Below are positions 27,516 to 40,649 of a stretch of 64,000 nt of DNA, piece by piece (position 1 is the first letter of the stretch; each line of letters opens with the position of its first letter). The stretch comes from Rhynchobatus australiae (Eukaryota), in contig JAUZTB010000027.1 in assembly GCA_034780895.1 (NCBI GenBank), positions 20,353,848 through 20,417,847 on the forward strand. Reading direction: 5' to 3'. Below the pieces are notes generated by a model. It had not been told where the DNA came from, ran no database searches, and worked only from the letters and a program-made list of their open reading frames with translations. The position numbers and the translations under genes were made by a program.

Positions 27516-28154
27516 GTACGGCGCTTTGTTCCTTTATCCTCATTCATTGCAGAATAACACGTTTTGTGTTGCTTTTTGTATTTGATCCAAAAATAAGAGG
27601 CATCAATAGCTTTGAGAACTATGGAGCATAATATGAAACCACTTATCACTTCAAGTTAATATCACATTAAGGGAGAAATCTTTTCTGCAATTGCTAAAAT
27701 ACACACAATGTATTTCAAATTATGTGGAAGATTAAAACTCAGTATATTAGACTGAAATTACATAGCATTACATAGAATTTACAATACTGAAACAATCAAT
27801 TTGGCTCAAAAATCGATACCATTTACACTCCACGTAAGCCTTTTCCCATCCTGTCCCAATGGCTTTCTACTCCCTTCATCCTCCTGTACCTGCATTAAGC
27901 CTCTTCTTAAATCTTTCAGCTCTGTCTGTTTCTATCACTCAAAGTGTGACAAGTTGTACATTCTCATTATTATCTATAATAAAAGGTCTTCCTAAATTCG
28001 TATTAAATATGTCTTGTATTTATTTTCCCAGTTCCTCTATCTCCATTATATTTACTCCATTGATGAGACTTTCCACTTTCCTCTGAGATGTCCTCCTCCT
28101 TTCTGCACTGTAGCTTCTTCTTCACCATAATTAACAGAGCCTTTGACAACATAG

Positions 28155-28192
28155 TGTTACGGACTAGGTTACAATTAGTGAGGTTCCTTTAA

Positions 28193-28234
<42 letters not shown>

Positions 28235-28335
28235 CGTGAATACGTCAACATAAGATAAACAACGTCACGACGTTGATGTTGAAACAACCAGTCGGAGTCA
28301 GTCTGAAGGAGAGAGAGAGAGAGACAGAGACAGAA

Positions 28336-28377
<42 letters not shown>

Positions 28378-28411
28378 AGCCTGCTTGTTTTCTCTGTCGA
28401 TGGATGAGAAG
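28155..28411 (+). mobile_element. Truncated 5' part of Gypsy LTR with (TG)n and (GA)n tracts
   Basis: Begins TGTTACGGACTAGGTTACAATTAGTGAGGTTCCT, identical to 2511. Confidence 0.9.
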
Positions 28412-28800
28412 CATCCATCAACAATTAACTCTTACATGACCAGGTTTCTTACAGTAATAACAGGTTTCTCCAGCACTGGCTTCATTTCATCCTTCCCTTT
28501 TTGATTTTCGCCCCATTTAATCTCCGATTTACCGGGATTGTCCTTATAACTGTTTTGAAAGTGTTTAGGCGGTCCCCAATTGAATTTATGGGTTAAAGCA
28601 TCATCATCTGCCAACCTAGCAATTTTGTCTACAGTTTGCACTTCCTTTTCACTGAAATAGGCTGTTATTTCAGCTGGGACATCTTTTAAACTCTTCTATT
28701 AAAATCAATTCTGTCAGTTTATTGTGATCCCGACAATTTTTTCAGCCATGCACCATCGTTCCAAACATATTCACTTTCCATTGGCAAAATCTATAAACGT
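28412..28800 (-). pseudogene. Gypsy gag fragment with stop and frameshifts
   Basis: Reads TFIDFANGK*ICLERWC..KLTELILIEEFKRC..QTVDKIARLADDDALTHK, typical of fish Gypsy gag (EEFK..ARLADxYALTH). Confidence 0.8.
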
Positions 28801-29377
28801 TGTTACGAACCAGCAACAAAAGTGACACACCTAGACATGTATAAGTGTTAAAAACTACTTTATTAATAACTACTTATGATAGTAAGAACATTAAAAGTAA
28901 AAATATTAGAGTTAGAAGTAAAAATATTGAACCTCGAACATTAACTCCCAAAAACTAACTAAACTTGTCGTGTGTGTGTGGCAAATTCCCAAACTCCCCG
29001 TCCAGGAATGGTTCTGAACATTCAGTTCAGCGAGCAATAAGGTGACACATGAGTAAAGGCTTCTTCAACAACCACCGTTGTCTGGAGATAAAACGTAGAT
29101 ACAGAGAAAGAAAATGGAGCGTATGGAGGCCGTCCACACCAACTACCTGTTTCCTTTTTACAGGTCAAAAACCAAGTGGACTCCACTTCTTCATTTCAAC
29201 GTGTCTGCCAGACTCGAGAGCATCCGTGCCGTGGCTGTTGACACCAACTATCTGTTTTCCTCCACAGGTCACCTACAAAGTGAACTCCACCGGATTACTC
29301 TCAACAATCCATACGTGGATTGCAGGGACAGTCACAGTTATTGGTTCTCATCCATCGATAGAGAAAAAGAACAGGCT

Positions 29378-29426
<49 letters not shown>

Positions 29427-29514
29427 CTGTCTCTCTCTCTCCGTCAGACTGACTCCGACTGGTTGGTTCAACACAAGGTCATGACGTTCTTTATCTTCTG
29501 TTGACGTAAGCACA

Positions 29515-29580
<66 letters not shown>

Positions 29581-29616
29581 TATCTTAAAGGAACCTCACT
29601 AATTGTAACCTAGTCC
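28801..29616 (-). mobile_element. Near-complete Gypsy LTR (about 820 bp; the last few bases fall in a gap)
   Basis: Reverse complement of both ends of the solo LTR at 2511-3050; contains (CT)n at about 29381-29440 and (CA)n at about 29517-29576. Confidence 0.9.
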
Positions 29617-29640
29617 NNNNNNNNNNNNNNNNNNNNNNNN

Positions 29641-30310
29641 CAAGACAGCCAGCACCTCCGCTTAGCTAATCTGGATACGGTCTATGGCCTCACTATTCTT
29701 TTGCCTCAGTTCTATAGTCTCTGTGTCTGTCTCCAGAGTAAATAAGGATGCAAAAAATTCATTTAAGATCTCCCCCATCTCTTTTGGCTCCATGCGTAGA
29801 TGACCACGCTGATCTTCAAGAGGACCAATTTTGTCCCTTGCTACTCTTTTGCTCTTAATATAGCGATAGAAACCCTTGGGATTCTCTTTCCCTTGTCTGC
29901 CAGTGTAACCTCATGTCCTCTTTTTGCCCTCCTGAGTGTTCTTTTGCATTTCTTATATTCCTCAAGCACCTCATTTGATCCTAACTGCCTATACCTGATA
30001 TGCGCCACCTTCTTTTTCTTTACCTGACCCTCAATAGCCCTCAATAACCAAAGTTCCCTAAACCTGCTAGCCTTGCCTTTTATTCTAACAGGAACATACC
30101 GATTCTGTACTCTCAATATTTCACTTTTGGAAGCCTCCCACTTGCCAAGCGTCTCTTTGCTGGAAAAGAGCCTGTCCCAATCCATGTCTGCCAGATCCCT
30201 TCTGACGCCATCAAAATTAGCCCTACTTCAATTTAGAATCTCAACCCTAGGACCAGTCCTATCCTTCCCCATGATTATCTTGAAACTAATGGAATTATGA
30301 TCACTAGATG
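29641..30310 (-). mobile_element. CR1 ORF2 internal fragment (between endonuclease and RT)
   Basis: DWDRLFSSK..KWEASKSEILRVQNRYVPVRIKGK..RRAKRGHE, the characteristic CR1 linker. Confidence 0.85.
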
Positions 30311-33049
30311 ATGTTATTAAGACTATTACTGGAACATCTTAATTATGTTCCACACTAACAAAGAGTTAGTGGGGATCATCCCATGCTGAATTGATCGAGC
30401 TGTACTAAAACGAAGACTGAAAGACTAGGGTAGAGACTGGATCCTAGGCAACAACTACTTCCTCTCCTGATAGGTGAAGCTTCAAAACTTATGTAAGGAG
30501 TGTATTCACCACTGCCTGGATGGGTGCAGTGGAACAACACTCCAGAAATTTGACACCATCCTGGACAGAATAGTTCACAGGGAAGCGTAGCAACTTTCTA
30601 AGTCGATATTTCGTCATTCTGTCATTCAGGAATAATAACAAGCATACCTTCCCCTTGATGTACCCACTTAAATCACATGTCATTCTAACTTACTATTCTG
30701 GAATTCCCCTCCTGCCACCAATGTGGGAGCTCCGATACTACAAAAACAACAGCGGTTCAGGGCACATTTCCATTGGTACCATCACAGAACAGCTTGGGAT
30801 TGGCAAGAAATAAGTCCTTGTACATATTATACACATCTAAAAGAAATGAGTAAACAAAATAAATTTATAATGGAAATGGAAACAAAACAGAAAATGCTGG
30901 AAGCATTCAGCAGATCAGGCTGCATCTGTGGAAAGGGAAGTAAAGTCAACATATCAAGCTGGAGACTGTTTATTTGTCAGAATACTATAGTGGAAGCTGC
31001 TTAGGAAAGCCTTTCTTTTTGTAATTAAACTTATCTGTAGAGTTTCTCTAAGCATTAGATTTTACGAATAATATCACCAGATTTTTTGCCATTACTAAAT
31101 GGGAGGATTCATTTAAACAAGACAACGTGATCTATTTTTTTGCTGTAAATCTCTGGAACCCTTATAACAAGATTTACAGCATTTTGCCATGGATTTCAAG
31201 TCTTGAAAATCTACATCCAAAACTTTACTCAAAAGAACATGGAATCACTTTTTCTGCAGGGACACATAGGGAGAAGCACGTGACATTGCCTCCAACTAGT
31301 TTTGTGGACTGTTCAGGTATATTTAATTGTTAACCAGTAGCACTAATATTTTTATTGCTTTATCAACTTTCAGTAGACTGAAGTACTGTGGACCACAATT
31401 TGTTTTTGCACTTATTAGGATGGTACTCGTTATTTTTGTTGATCTAATATCAAAACACCAGCAGGAATTTTCAAACAATTGTTGTCACGTTTTCAATCCA
31501 AAAATGATAATGCTGTCTTAAATATAAACCAGAGTAATGAGGCAGTAGTAAATTGTGGAAAACAGAAGTTGATCAAAATTGGGTGAGAGTAAACATTGGC
31601 TTCTTTGTATTCCCATTGCCACTTTCCACCAACGTGGAATTCAAGACACTTATTTTTGGAGGGGAATCAAAGCAGGAGAAGGAAGATCAAATGAAAGAGA
31701 ACAGTCCAGTTGGCACAAGGCACCTCCCTCTCTGATACCATAACATCAAGAATGAATAACACATAAAGCACAAATATATATTGCCCNNNNNNNNNNNNNN
31801 NNNNNNNNNNNNNNNNNNNNNNNNNNNNNNNNNNNNNNNNNNNNNNNNNNNNNNNNNNNNNNNNNNNNNNNNNNNNNNNNNNNNNNNNNNNNNNNNNNNN
31901 NNNNNNNNNNNNNNNNNNNNNNNNNNNNNNNNNNNNNNNNNNNNNNNNNNNNNNNNNNNNNNNNNNNNNNNNNNNNNNNNNNNNNNNNNNNNNNNNNNNN
32001 NNNNNNNNNNNNNNNNNNNNNNNNNNNNNNNNNNNNNNNNNNNNNNNNNNNNNNNNNNNNNNNNNNNNNNNNNNNNNNNNNNNNNTAAAATGAAGTATTA
32101 GCTTATCCAATAAAAGGTATTAATGTGACATAACGTTGACTAGGACAACTGGAAGATTGGTACCATTACATCTAATGAAGTGATTCCATTCCCTTTAAAA
32201 AGATTTACAACATTTTTCTAGTCTTGCAAATAAAACTGATTACTTTAAGAAACATGGAATAATTGTTATCAACTGAGACACATATGGAGTGGCATGTGCA
32301 TTGCCTCCAAATGGTTTTGTAGATTGTCATAGCATTGTTATTGATTTACCATCTACTTGTTAGCCATTGATGCTGCTAATATGTTATTGCTGTGTTATCA
32401 ACCTTCAGGGGCTGAAGTTCTGTGGAACAATATTTGTTTCAAAAACTTTTGTTGTACTGTTCTTAAATACTTAGTTTATTTCATTCAGTGAATACATATC
32501 TAGTATCAGAAGCCTAGCTTTTCTAAAACAATTTCTTCATTCATTTCTGCTCAAAATGTTACCTGTTTAATATCATTCTTGATTGTTCCTAAGATGTAGT
32601 GCTGTTCTGCAAAGCATCACCAATTTGGGCTCTGTAATAGCAGGTTTCTCACCTAATGCTTCCACTCTTAATTCTTTCCATACCCTCTTGTAACTTCTCT
32701 CTATTCTTCCATACATAAATAATATAGTTGTTCATCCTTAACACATCCCAACTAGAAAAGGCTAACAACTACGAAGTACTGTTTTAGCACTGATTTGGCA
32801 TGTTTTTCTTAGTTATTAACTTGTTATCAATGCACTTTACAGATTACAGAGGTACACAGTGACAAGCCATGCAGCAATATAAAAACAAGGATGCGAAGGA
32901 TCAGTAGCATATATAGGCTAATGAGCACAGTCATCATGGATGGCAGGATTTGGTGCAAGTTAAAGCAAGTGTGATAGCTGTTTACTGAATATAGAAGATG
33001 TGAAGCCAGCCTGGGTATTCATTGGTATAATCAAATGTAAAGGTAGCAA

Positions 33050-33520
33050 AGGGCAGCACGTTGGTGCAGCTAGTGGAGCTTCTGCCTCAAAGCTCCAGTG
33101 ACCCACACCTCTAGTCTGTCGGTGTGGGGATTGCATGTTCTCCTTGTGACCATGTAGGTTTCCTTCAGGTGCTTGGGTTTCCTCCCACATCCCAAAAATG
33201 TGTGGTGTGTAGATTAATTAGACACTGAAAATCGTATGTCAGTGGATGGCAGAATCTGGGGAAAGTGAGGAATTGATGGGAATATGGGAAAATAAAATAG
33301 GATTCATGTAAGTGGGCACTTGATGGTTGGCATGGAGGGTGGGTTGAATGACTGTTCCTNNNNNNNNNNNNNNNNNNNNNNNNNNNNNNNNNNNNNNNNN
33401 NNNNNNNNNNNNNNNNNNNNNNNNNNNNNNNNNNNNNNNNNNNNNNNNNNNNNNNNNNNAAGTGGGCACTTGATGGTTGGCATGGAGGGTGGGTTGAATG
33501 ACTGTTCCTGTGCTGTATGA
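33050..33520 (+). mobile_element. HE1-like V-SINE spanning a gap
   Basis: gggcagcacgttggtgcagctagt head, tgcatgttctcc..gtgacc..gtttcctcccacatcccaaa core, CR1-like tail. Confidence 0.8.
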
Positions 33521-33659
33521 CTTATTTGTTGTACCATTCAAGTATTTAAATTTAAATAGATGTACACCAGGTCATTTTCCTTATCCACATCTTCTCCATT
33601 GGTTTTATCTAAATTACTTTTAGCTTATTATTTTAACTAATATATTTGAGTTGTAGGAC

Positions 33660-34540
33660 TATTATCAAAATTAAGGCTCATGGGAATAAGAGGATCAGTG
33701 TCAGCTTGGTCAAAAAACTTGACCGAAGGACACAAACAATAAGTTGTAGTAAATGCTTGTTTTGAGACAGGAGGATGATAAAGATGTTCCTTAAGAGTCA
33801 GTGCTGGGATCACTCTTTTTCGATATATGTAAATGATTTGGATTTTGGAATAGAGAGCAAACATTGCAAACTCTACTGATGATGATAAATTGGAGTAGTG
33901 CTCAGATGCCAATCAACTGCCACAGAACACAGATAGGGCAGTGGAATGACAGATGACATTTCATACAGAGTGGGGGGGGGGGGGGTGAGGTGAGGCTTTA
34001 TGGTAGATGGGCTTCAGAGAAACAATGTAAAAAGTATGCAGGAATAGAGGGTTTTGGAGCTTTGGATGCATAAATCTATTAAGAACATTGTGAGAAGGTA
34101 GTTAACAACATGTTAGGAATATTGGGCTTCATAAACCAAAGTGTCTGAGTACAAAATAAGTGAAGCTATAATTAACTTCATTTGGACACAACTACAGTAT
34201 TGTATCCAGTTCTGGACACACCCTTCAGGACAGTGTGAATGTCCTTGGGAGAGGTATTTACCAGAATGGTTCCAGGTATGAGGAATTTTAACCACATGGT
34301 TGGGTTAGAGAAGCTGGGCTTGTTTTTCTTAGTGTGAAGGAAATTGAGGGGAGATTTGATAGAGAAATAGCAAATTGTGACAGGCAGAAGAAAGGTGTTC
34401 CCATGAGTTAATGGTGCAAGGACTAGGGGACATAGATTAAAAGTTTTGGGAAAGAGGCACAAGAGAGAAGCGTGAGGTTTTTTTGCACAGCAATTGGTAA
34501 TGACTTGCAGCTCACTGTTCACAAGGATGGTGAAAGTTGT
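33660..34540 (+). mobile_element. Old decayed CR1 RT fragment
   Basis: Remnants of SVLG, VNDLD, YCIQFW, FTRMVPGMR, GDLIE motifs with many stops. Confidence 0.75.
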
Positions 34541-35199
34541 TTTTGACATCAATTGAGCTCAACTCATGTGCTGCTCTATAAGTACTCTTGGGCATCCAAT
34601 ATTCTCAGTGTAATGGAATAAGAAAATATTACAGAGCATTTTATGCCACTATATTCTAAGGAAGATTGCTGTTCATTGCACACCAATGTGAGATACTCAA
34701 TTTAAATGCCTTCAAGCTCATATCTTGCCCAGATGGAATATTATCAATTAAAATAAATGGTCTTGCATAGATCATTAACTGTACACCATCTGGTGAAATA
34801 AATATTTCTTGTCTACCTTATTGAACGTGTAAAATTTCTATACTTGTAAGTTAAGGATGATGATAAATGTTTTATTATTTCAATGAGTATTGCTCATTAT
34901 CATTGGGTTACCTCATAATACAAGAAAGCAGCAATGCCGAGCTGCACTACTCGAGAGACTTTGAACTCTGGTCATGTAATGGCAATAAATATGACTGGTG
35001 TTCATTGAATTATGTAGCATAATATCATATTTGTTACGAATAGCACTTTCAAAACCTGTAACATTTTTAGTATGCTGCATGTAGGCAGTGAGGCAGAAAA
35101 GACCAGGGATCACAAGCTAAACTAGTTTATCACGCAATAGTACCAATTTGGTTTATGCTGTTGGTAGCTCAGCTGACATCCTTCAACTGTTGTTAAAGT

Positions 35200-35300
35200 G
35201 ACAGTGAACATCTACTATTTCTAATCAAATCATTCTTTTGTTTTAAAATCTGTACTTCCAGGATTTTGCACAAGCCAATACCTAGAACTCTGAACAATTT
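35200..35300 (+). pseudogene. Diverged duplicate of the exon E acceptor and 5' end, with in-frame TAG
   Basis: ctaatcaaatcattctt..tgtacttccagGATTTTGCACAAGCCAATACCTAGaactctgaaca versus 35858-35932. Confidence 0.85.
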
Positions 35301-35897
35301 CATATTGNNNNNNNNNNNNNNNNNNNNNNNNNNNNNNNNNNNNNNNNNNNNNNNNNNNNNNNNNNNNNNNNNNNNNNNNNNNNNNNNNNNNNNNNNNNNN
35401 NNNNNNNATTAATATTGCTTTCTCCAACACCTGAAATTACTTCTTTTAAAAATACAAATCAGTCTTTTTTTATTCATCAAAAATAAAGGAAAAGATATTG
35501 TTTAATAGTTGAATCAACTTGTCAGCTATATTCAAGCCACGTCATTTTGTTTCCTGGTATGTTCTAGTACCTGATTTGAATTGTTAACAATGTCCATTTA
35601 AAAATAAAAGAGGAGATATGGTCCCCATTGAGCCTGATTTCTGTGGGCAGAAATGGAAATCAGAGCCCACTGCTAGCCAGAACTCATCCCCAAATAAGCA
35701 AGGTGTGTGCAAACCAGAATTTATCGAAAGGAATAATATTAATTCCATTAACTTTAGTAATGTGGGAAGAGTGAAATTTCCATTTTTTTTAACTGGATCA
35801 TCCATATTTCTTTTGCTCAACTGCTGCAGTTGAGTGAAGGTGAGTGTTTACTATTGCTAATCAAATCATTCTTCCTTTGAAAAATTTGTACTTCCAG

Positions 35898-36015
35898 GAT
35901 TTTGCCCAAGCCAATACTCAGAACTCTGAACATTTGCGGGAAATCAAAAAATACCAAGAAACAGTGCATAAAATGAACCTGCAGTTGACTACTGTAACCG
36001 AACAAAAGAATAATG
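35898..36015 (+). CDS. PMFBP1: Internal exon E (DFAQANTQNSEHLREIKKYQETVHKMNLQLTTVTEQKNN)
   Basis: Acceptor tttgtacttccag, donor gtaata at 36016; 118 nt, phase 0-1, matching the phase-1 start of the next exon. Confidence 0.82.
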
Positions 36016-36764
36016 GTAATATAAACACATTCCTTGTCAATTTAGGATGAAATATATCATTGATAATATTTTAATTTGATAATTTTATTATATTTTAGTT
36101 AGTATTTATCTTCTCTCTGTATAAAGAGAATTACTGTAAAATACAATGGGATATATTGTGACTCTGGGAAACTGCTCCAGCGCATCAGTTTTCTGCAGGC
36201 AGAGGCTGTAGGAAGCCATGCGATTTTAAACATTGAACTTTATTCAAACATTTCTGGCTCACTTCTTACCTAGAATACACATGGATAGAGTGCACAACTG
36301 CCAGTAGATGAAAATCATTTTGGTGCTTGGCTGTCTGTTGGTAAGCGACTGTTTTGGGAGCAAGGAGTTTTTGAGAGTTTAAGATGGGCAGGCTGCTGCT
36401 AGTCCTGGTTCCACAAAGAAAATATTTATATCTGCCTTATGCTTGATTTATATCTACCTTATGCTTCTGCCTGCATGGAAATTGTGCTATGATGGAGGAT
36501 AAGGAGTATGGGGATATGAGGAAGAAGCAGATTTGTTGGATGAGTGGACAACAAGGGATGATGCAGCAAGGGTCGATGCTTTCCCATGTTCCTGGGGTGA
36601 AAAAGTAGTAATCTCATGTCTTTGCCTGCCTCTGGCCAAGAAATCTTTTGAGCCAGCAGATTTAAAACTCGGAAGGGGAACTAAAACCAGAAATTAATTT
36701 GCACAATATTTTTATTCATCATTATGTAATTGAAAACCATTTTTTTCCCTGGAGGGAAATATGA

Positions 36765-39350
36765 ATAACAACTGCAGCCTAACTTGGGAAATCTTTCCCA
36801 CAGACTAAGCAAGCAGCATCCTGACGTGGTGGTACTTTCAGAATCATTCCTTACAGACAATCTGCGAGACTCCTCCATCGCAGCCCCTGAGTACATTCTA
36901 TCCTCGTGACAGAAGCAACCCACTAGAAAGAATGACGCTGCGGCATAGAGATGGGAGCAAATAGCCCAGGGAGATCTCAACATTGACTCCAGACTCTGAG
37001 AAGTTTCAGGGCATCAAGTTGAACATGGAATTAAAAGCCCTCCTTCTGATTTTCACCTTCCATTCTCCTTCAGCAGATGAATCAGTGCCCTTCCATGTTG
37101 AATAATACTTGGAAAAAGCACCAAGAGCACGCAGAGTTCTCCGTGGTTTGCTATCACCCACACTGATGAAGCTCAGCACATCCTGAAGGCCAAACCTTGA
37201 TAACAGACTGNNNNNNNNNNNNNNNNNNNNNNNNNNNNNNNNNNNNNNNNNNNNNNNNNNNNNNNNNNNNNNNNNNNNNNNNNNNNNNNNNNNNNNNNNN
37301 NNNNNNNNNNNNNNNNNNNNNNNNNNNNNNNNNNNNNNNNNNNNNNNNNNNNNNNNNNNNNNNNNNNNNNNNNNNNNNNNNNNNNNNNNNNNNNNNNNNN
37401 NNNNNNNNNNNNNNNNNNNNNNNNNNNNNNNNNNNNNNNNNNNNNNNNNTATAATAAAGCCACCTTGTCAATTCTGGTTCACTGAAGAGTGTAGAAGGAC
37501 ATTCCAGGAACTGCAGCAGGCATACCTGAAAATGAGATGCCATCTAGGTTAATCTGCAACACAGGACTACATGCAGGCTAAATAGTAAAAGTGGCATGAA
37601 ATGAACAAGGCCAAGCGATCACACAACCAACAAATCAGATCAAAGCACCACAGTCCTGCCACACCTCATTATGAATGATCATAGATAATTAAATACCCAA
37701 CAGGAGCAGAATACCACAAGTAAATTTCCACATTCAGTGATGGAAGGGCCCAGCAAGTGAGTGCTAAAGACAAAACTGAAATACTTTTAATAGTTCTACC
37801 AGAAGTGCCAAATGGATTTTTCATCTTTCTCATGAGATCTTTACCATCACAGAAGCCAGTCTTCAGCCAATTCAACTCAAACCAGGTAACATCAACAAAC
37901 AGCTGAGAGCACTGTGTGCAGCAATGGGGCTGGACAATATCTTGGCTGTAGTATGGAACATGCTTCACCTTTAGCTGAGCTAAGAGTACTTCTACAACAT
38001 TGGTATCTACCCATAATGTGGAAAATTGCCCAGCTATGACCTGTTCACAAAAAGCTGGACAGATCCAATCCAATTAACTATCCCCCGAACAGTCTACTCT
38101 CAATCATCAGCAAAGTGATGGAAGATGTTATCAATGGAACTATCAACCGGTGCTTTACCAACAACTTCTTTACTGTTGCCCAATTTGATTTTCACCAGAA
38201 CCACTTGATTCCAGATTTCATTACAATCTTGATCCAAGCTGAATTCCAGAATTGACTTGAGAATGACTGGCCTTGACAGCAGGGAACTACAAACCAAGGG
38301 TGGCGTCCAGGAGCTCCAAATAAAACTGAATCAATGGGCATCAAGGGAAAATTCTCCAGTGGTTGTTGTCACATTATGGAAAGTAAGATGATTATGGTTG
38401 TCAGAGATCAATCATCCCAGCCCTAGTTCCTCAGGGCAGTTTCCTAAGCCCAGTTATCTTCAGCTGTTTTATCAATGGCCACCTTTCCAACATAAGAAAG
38501 TGGTAGGTTTTGTTAGTGATTACACAGTGTTCAGTTCCACTCATAATGTCTTAGCAAATGAAGCAGTTTGCATCTGCATGCAGCAAGAACAAGTCAGCAT
38601 TGTGGTTTGGGCTCAGCAGCAAGTTGACATTCATGCTACATAATGCCAAATGATGACTTTCTCCAGTATGAGAGATATTTCCACCTAGCCTTGATAGTTC
38701 ATGTTATTATCATAATCAGAGCCCCCTCCATTAACATCCTGAGGGCACTATCGGCCAGTCCAGACACAAAAAAAAACCTGTGGCTACAAGAGCAGGTCAG
38801 AGATAGGATATCCTTTGGTATGTGACTCACCCCCTAACACACCTGTAACTGCACTGTGTAGTGAATTGACCTGTACGATCGGTATGCAAGACAAGTTTTT
38901 CTCTGTACCTTGGTACAAGTGATAATAATATACCAATACCAAAGAATTTCCACCATCTACAAGACCAGGTCAGGAATACGATGGAATGCTTTCCACAGGC
39001 CGGTATGGGTGCAGCTCCAATAACACTCAAGAAGCTCAACATCATCCAGGACTTTTAATTGATGTCCCATTCGCCAAAATATTTATTTCCTTTGTCACTT
39101 GCACACAATGACTGCTATGCCTACTACCAAAGAAACACACAGCAATTACTCTGACACCACCTCCCAAATCTGCGAGCTCTTCTATCTAAAAGGATCAGGG
39201 CAGTAAGCAGATGGGAAACCATTTAGAGATTCCCTCCATCATGACAATGTGAGAGTGCCATCATCAGAACAGTGGTTCAACACGGTGGTTCACCTTCTCA
39301 TTGACAATTATTGGTTGCTTAGCTAGTGGCACACATCTCAAGAAATGAAT
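36765..39350 (+). mobile_element. Long decayed LINE (CR1/Jockey group) with endonuclease, RT and 3' region
   Basis: KQHPDVVVLSESFLTD (APE start), NY.P.SLLSIISKVME, PQGS-like cctcagggcagt; Rex-type tail inserted at about 38825-38940. Confidence 0.75.
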
Positions 39351-40327
39351 AAATGATTAAAAAATCCAGGTGGTTTCGTATCAAAGTTTATCAAGTGCAT
39401 CCTCTTTAAATATATGTAAATATGGGGACCTTTGACCTGTGAGCAGGTTAAATGCCTGATTGCTGTTAAAACCAGAAGTGAATAGGTTCAATACAAGTGT
39501 TTAACATCCCACCTTACCTAACCCTACCCATTTTTGCAGGTCAATTTTTTTTCTCAATATTACACCAGAGATATAATTAAACGTGGATGCTTTTTGAAGT
39601 ACCATACACATGTTGAATGATCACAAATAAATCTCTGGTTTCCATTGTATACAATTTTGCTGAACTTGTGTCTCCTCATATTTTATGGTCAACTATATTC
39701 ACTATCCACTGCTGTGAAATCAGGAGGCTAATGGTTCCCCACAAAGTCGGAGGTGTATTGGAATGTTCTTTACTTGCATGGAATGCAGCTCTAACAGCAC
39801 TCAAGACATTTAATGACTTTCAGGACAAAGTAAAATACCTGTTTTGCATCTCATCTACTACCATCAACATTCACTGCCTTTAACCACTAGTGAACCTTTG
39901 ATGGCAGTGTATACCATATCCTGGATGTACAGCAGTAATTTGTGAAGGCTTCTACAGCACCTTCTAATCTTGAGACCTTTGCTGATTACAAGGTGCTTGG
40001 GAACACCAGTGTTTGTGAGTTCCTTTCCATACCTCACTGAGGTGGATTTCTAATAATTATTTATTGTCATGAAAAATCTACAGATATCTTTTTTTTGTCT
40101 TACACTGGAAAACAGAAATAAAACTGAGTAAAGGATTTCAGATGTTCCCCGTGCTATAATCAACATTTGTCCCTCTTCTATCATAAATATGTTAGAATGT
40201 TCATTTTAACCTCTTTCTGCATCCTTTCCCGACTGTCATTTTGTAAATAGGTATTACAATGAGTTTATTTGCCACTAAACTCTTTCTTAACATTCAGTAA
40301 CATTTTGAATTTAAACCTTTCCTAAAG

Positions 40328-40485
40328 AGATTACGCATTTGGAGAAATTTGCCCAAAGCTTGCAACTGGACAAGGCATCTGATTTACAAAAACACCAAAT
40401 GGAGACAACCAAACTGGGACAGCAGATTATGAAACTGGAAAATGATCTCCACAACTGTCAAAAACTATACACCCAACAAGAACAG
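40328..40485 (+). CDS. PMFBP1: Internal exon F (EITHLEKFAQSLQLDKASDLQKHQMET...QKLYTQQEQ)
   Basis: Acceptor cctttcctaaag, donor gtgagc at 40486; 158 nt, phase 1-0; split codon G+AG=Glu. Not in the ORF track. Confidence 0.85.
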
Positions 40486-40649
40486 GTGAGCAGAGTTTAA
40501 TACTGTTATTCCAGCTGTCTATTCTGAAAATGACAAGGAAAGTAATATACTTAATTGAAAGTGTAATTAATGTGAAACTGCAATGGGGGAACTGCTATGG
40601 TAGAAATTTACCCTCTGATGTATGTAATACACTACTGGTAGCATTAGCG

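Noticed and set aside
33311-33510. About 49-bp exact repeat flanking a 100-N gap inside a SINE
   Set aside because: Contig overlap artefact, not a tandem repeat or array.
36424-36466. 22-bp period tandem duplication (a similar 18-bp one lies at about 47976-48008)
   Set aside because: Ordinary slippage duplications with no sign of function.
40283-40297. U12-like branch motif tttcttaac followed by cag
   Set aside because: No U12 donor upstream, and using this AG adds an in-frame TGA.
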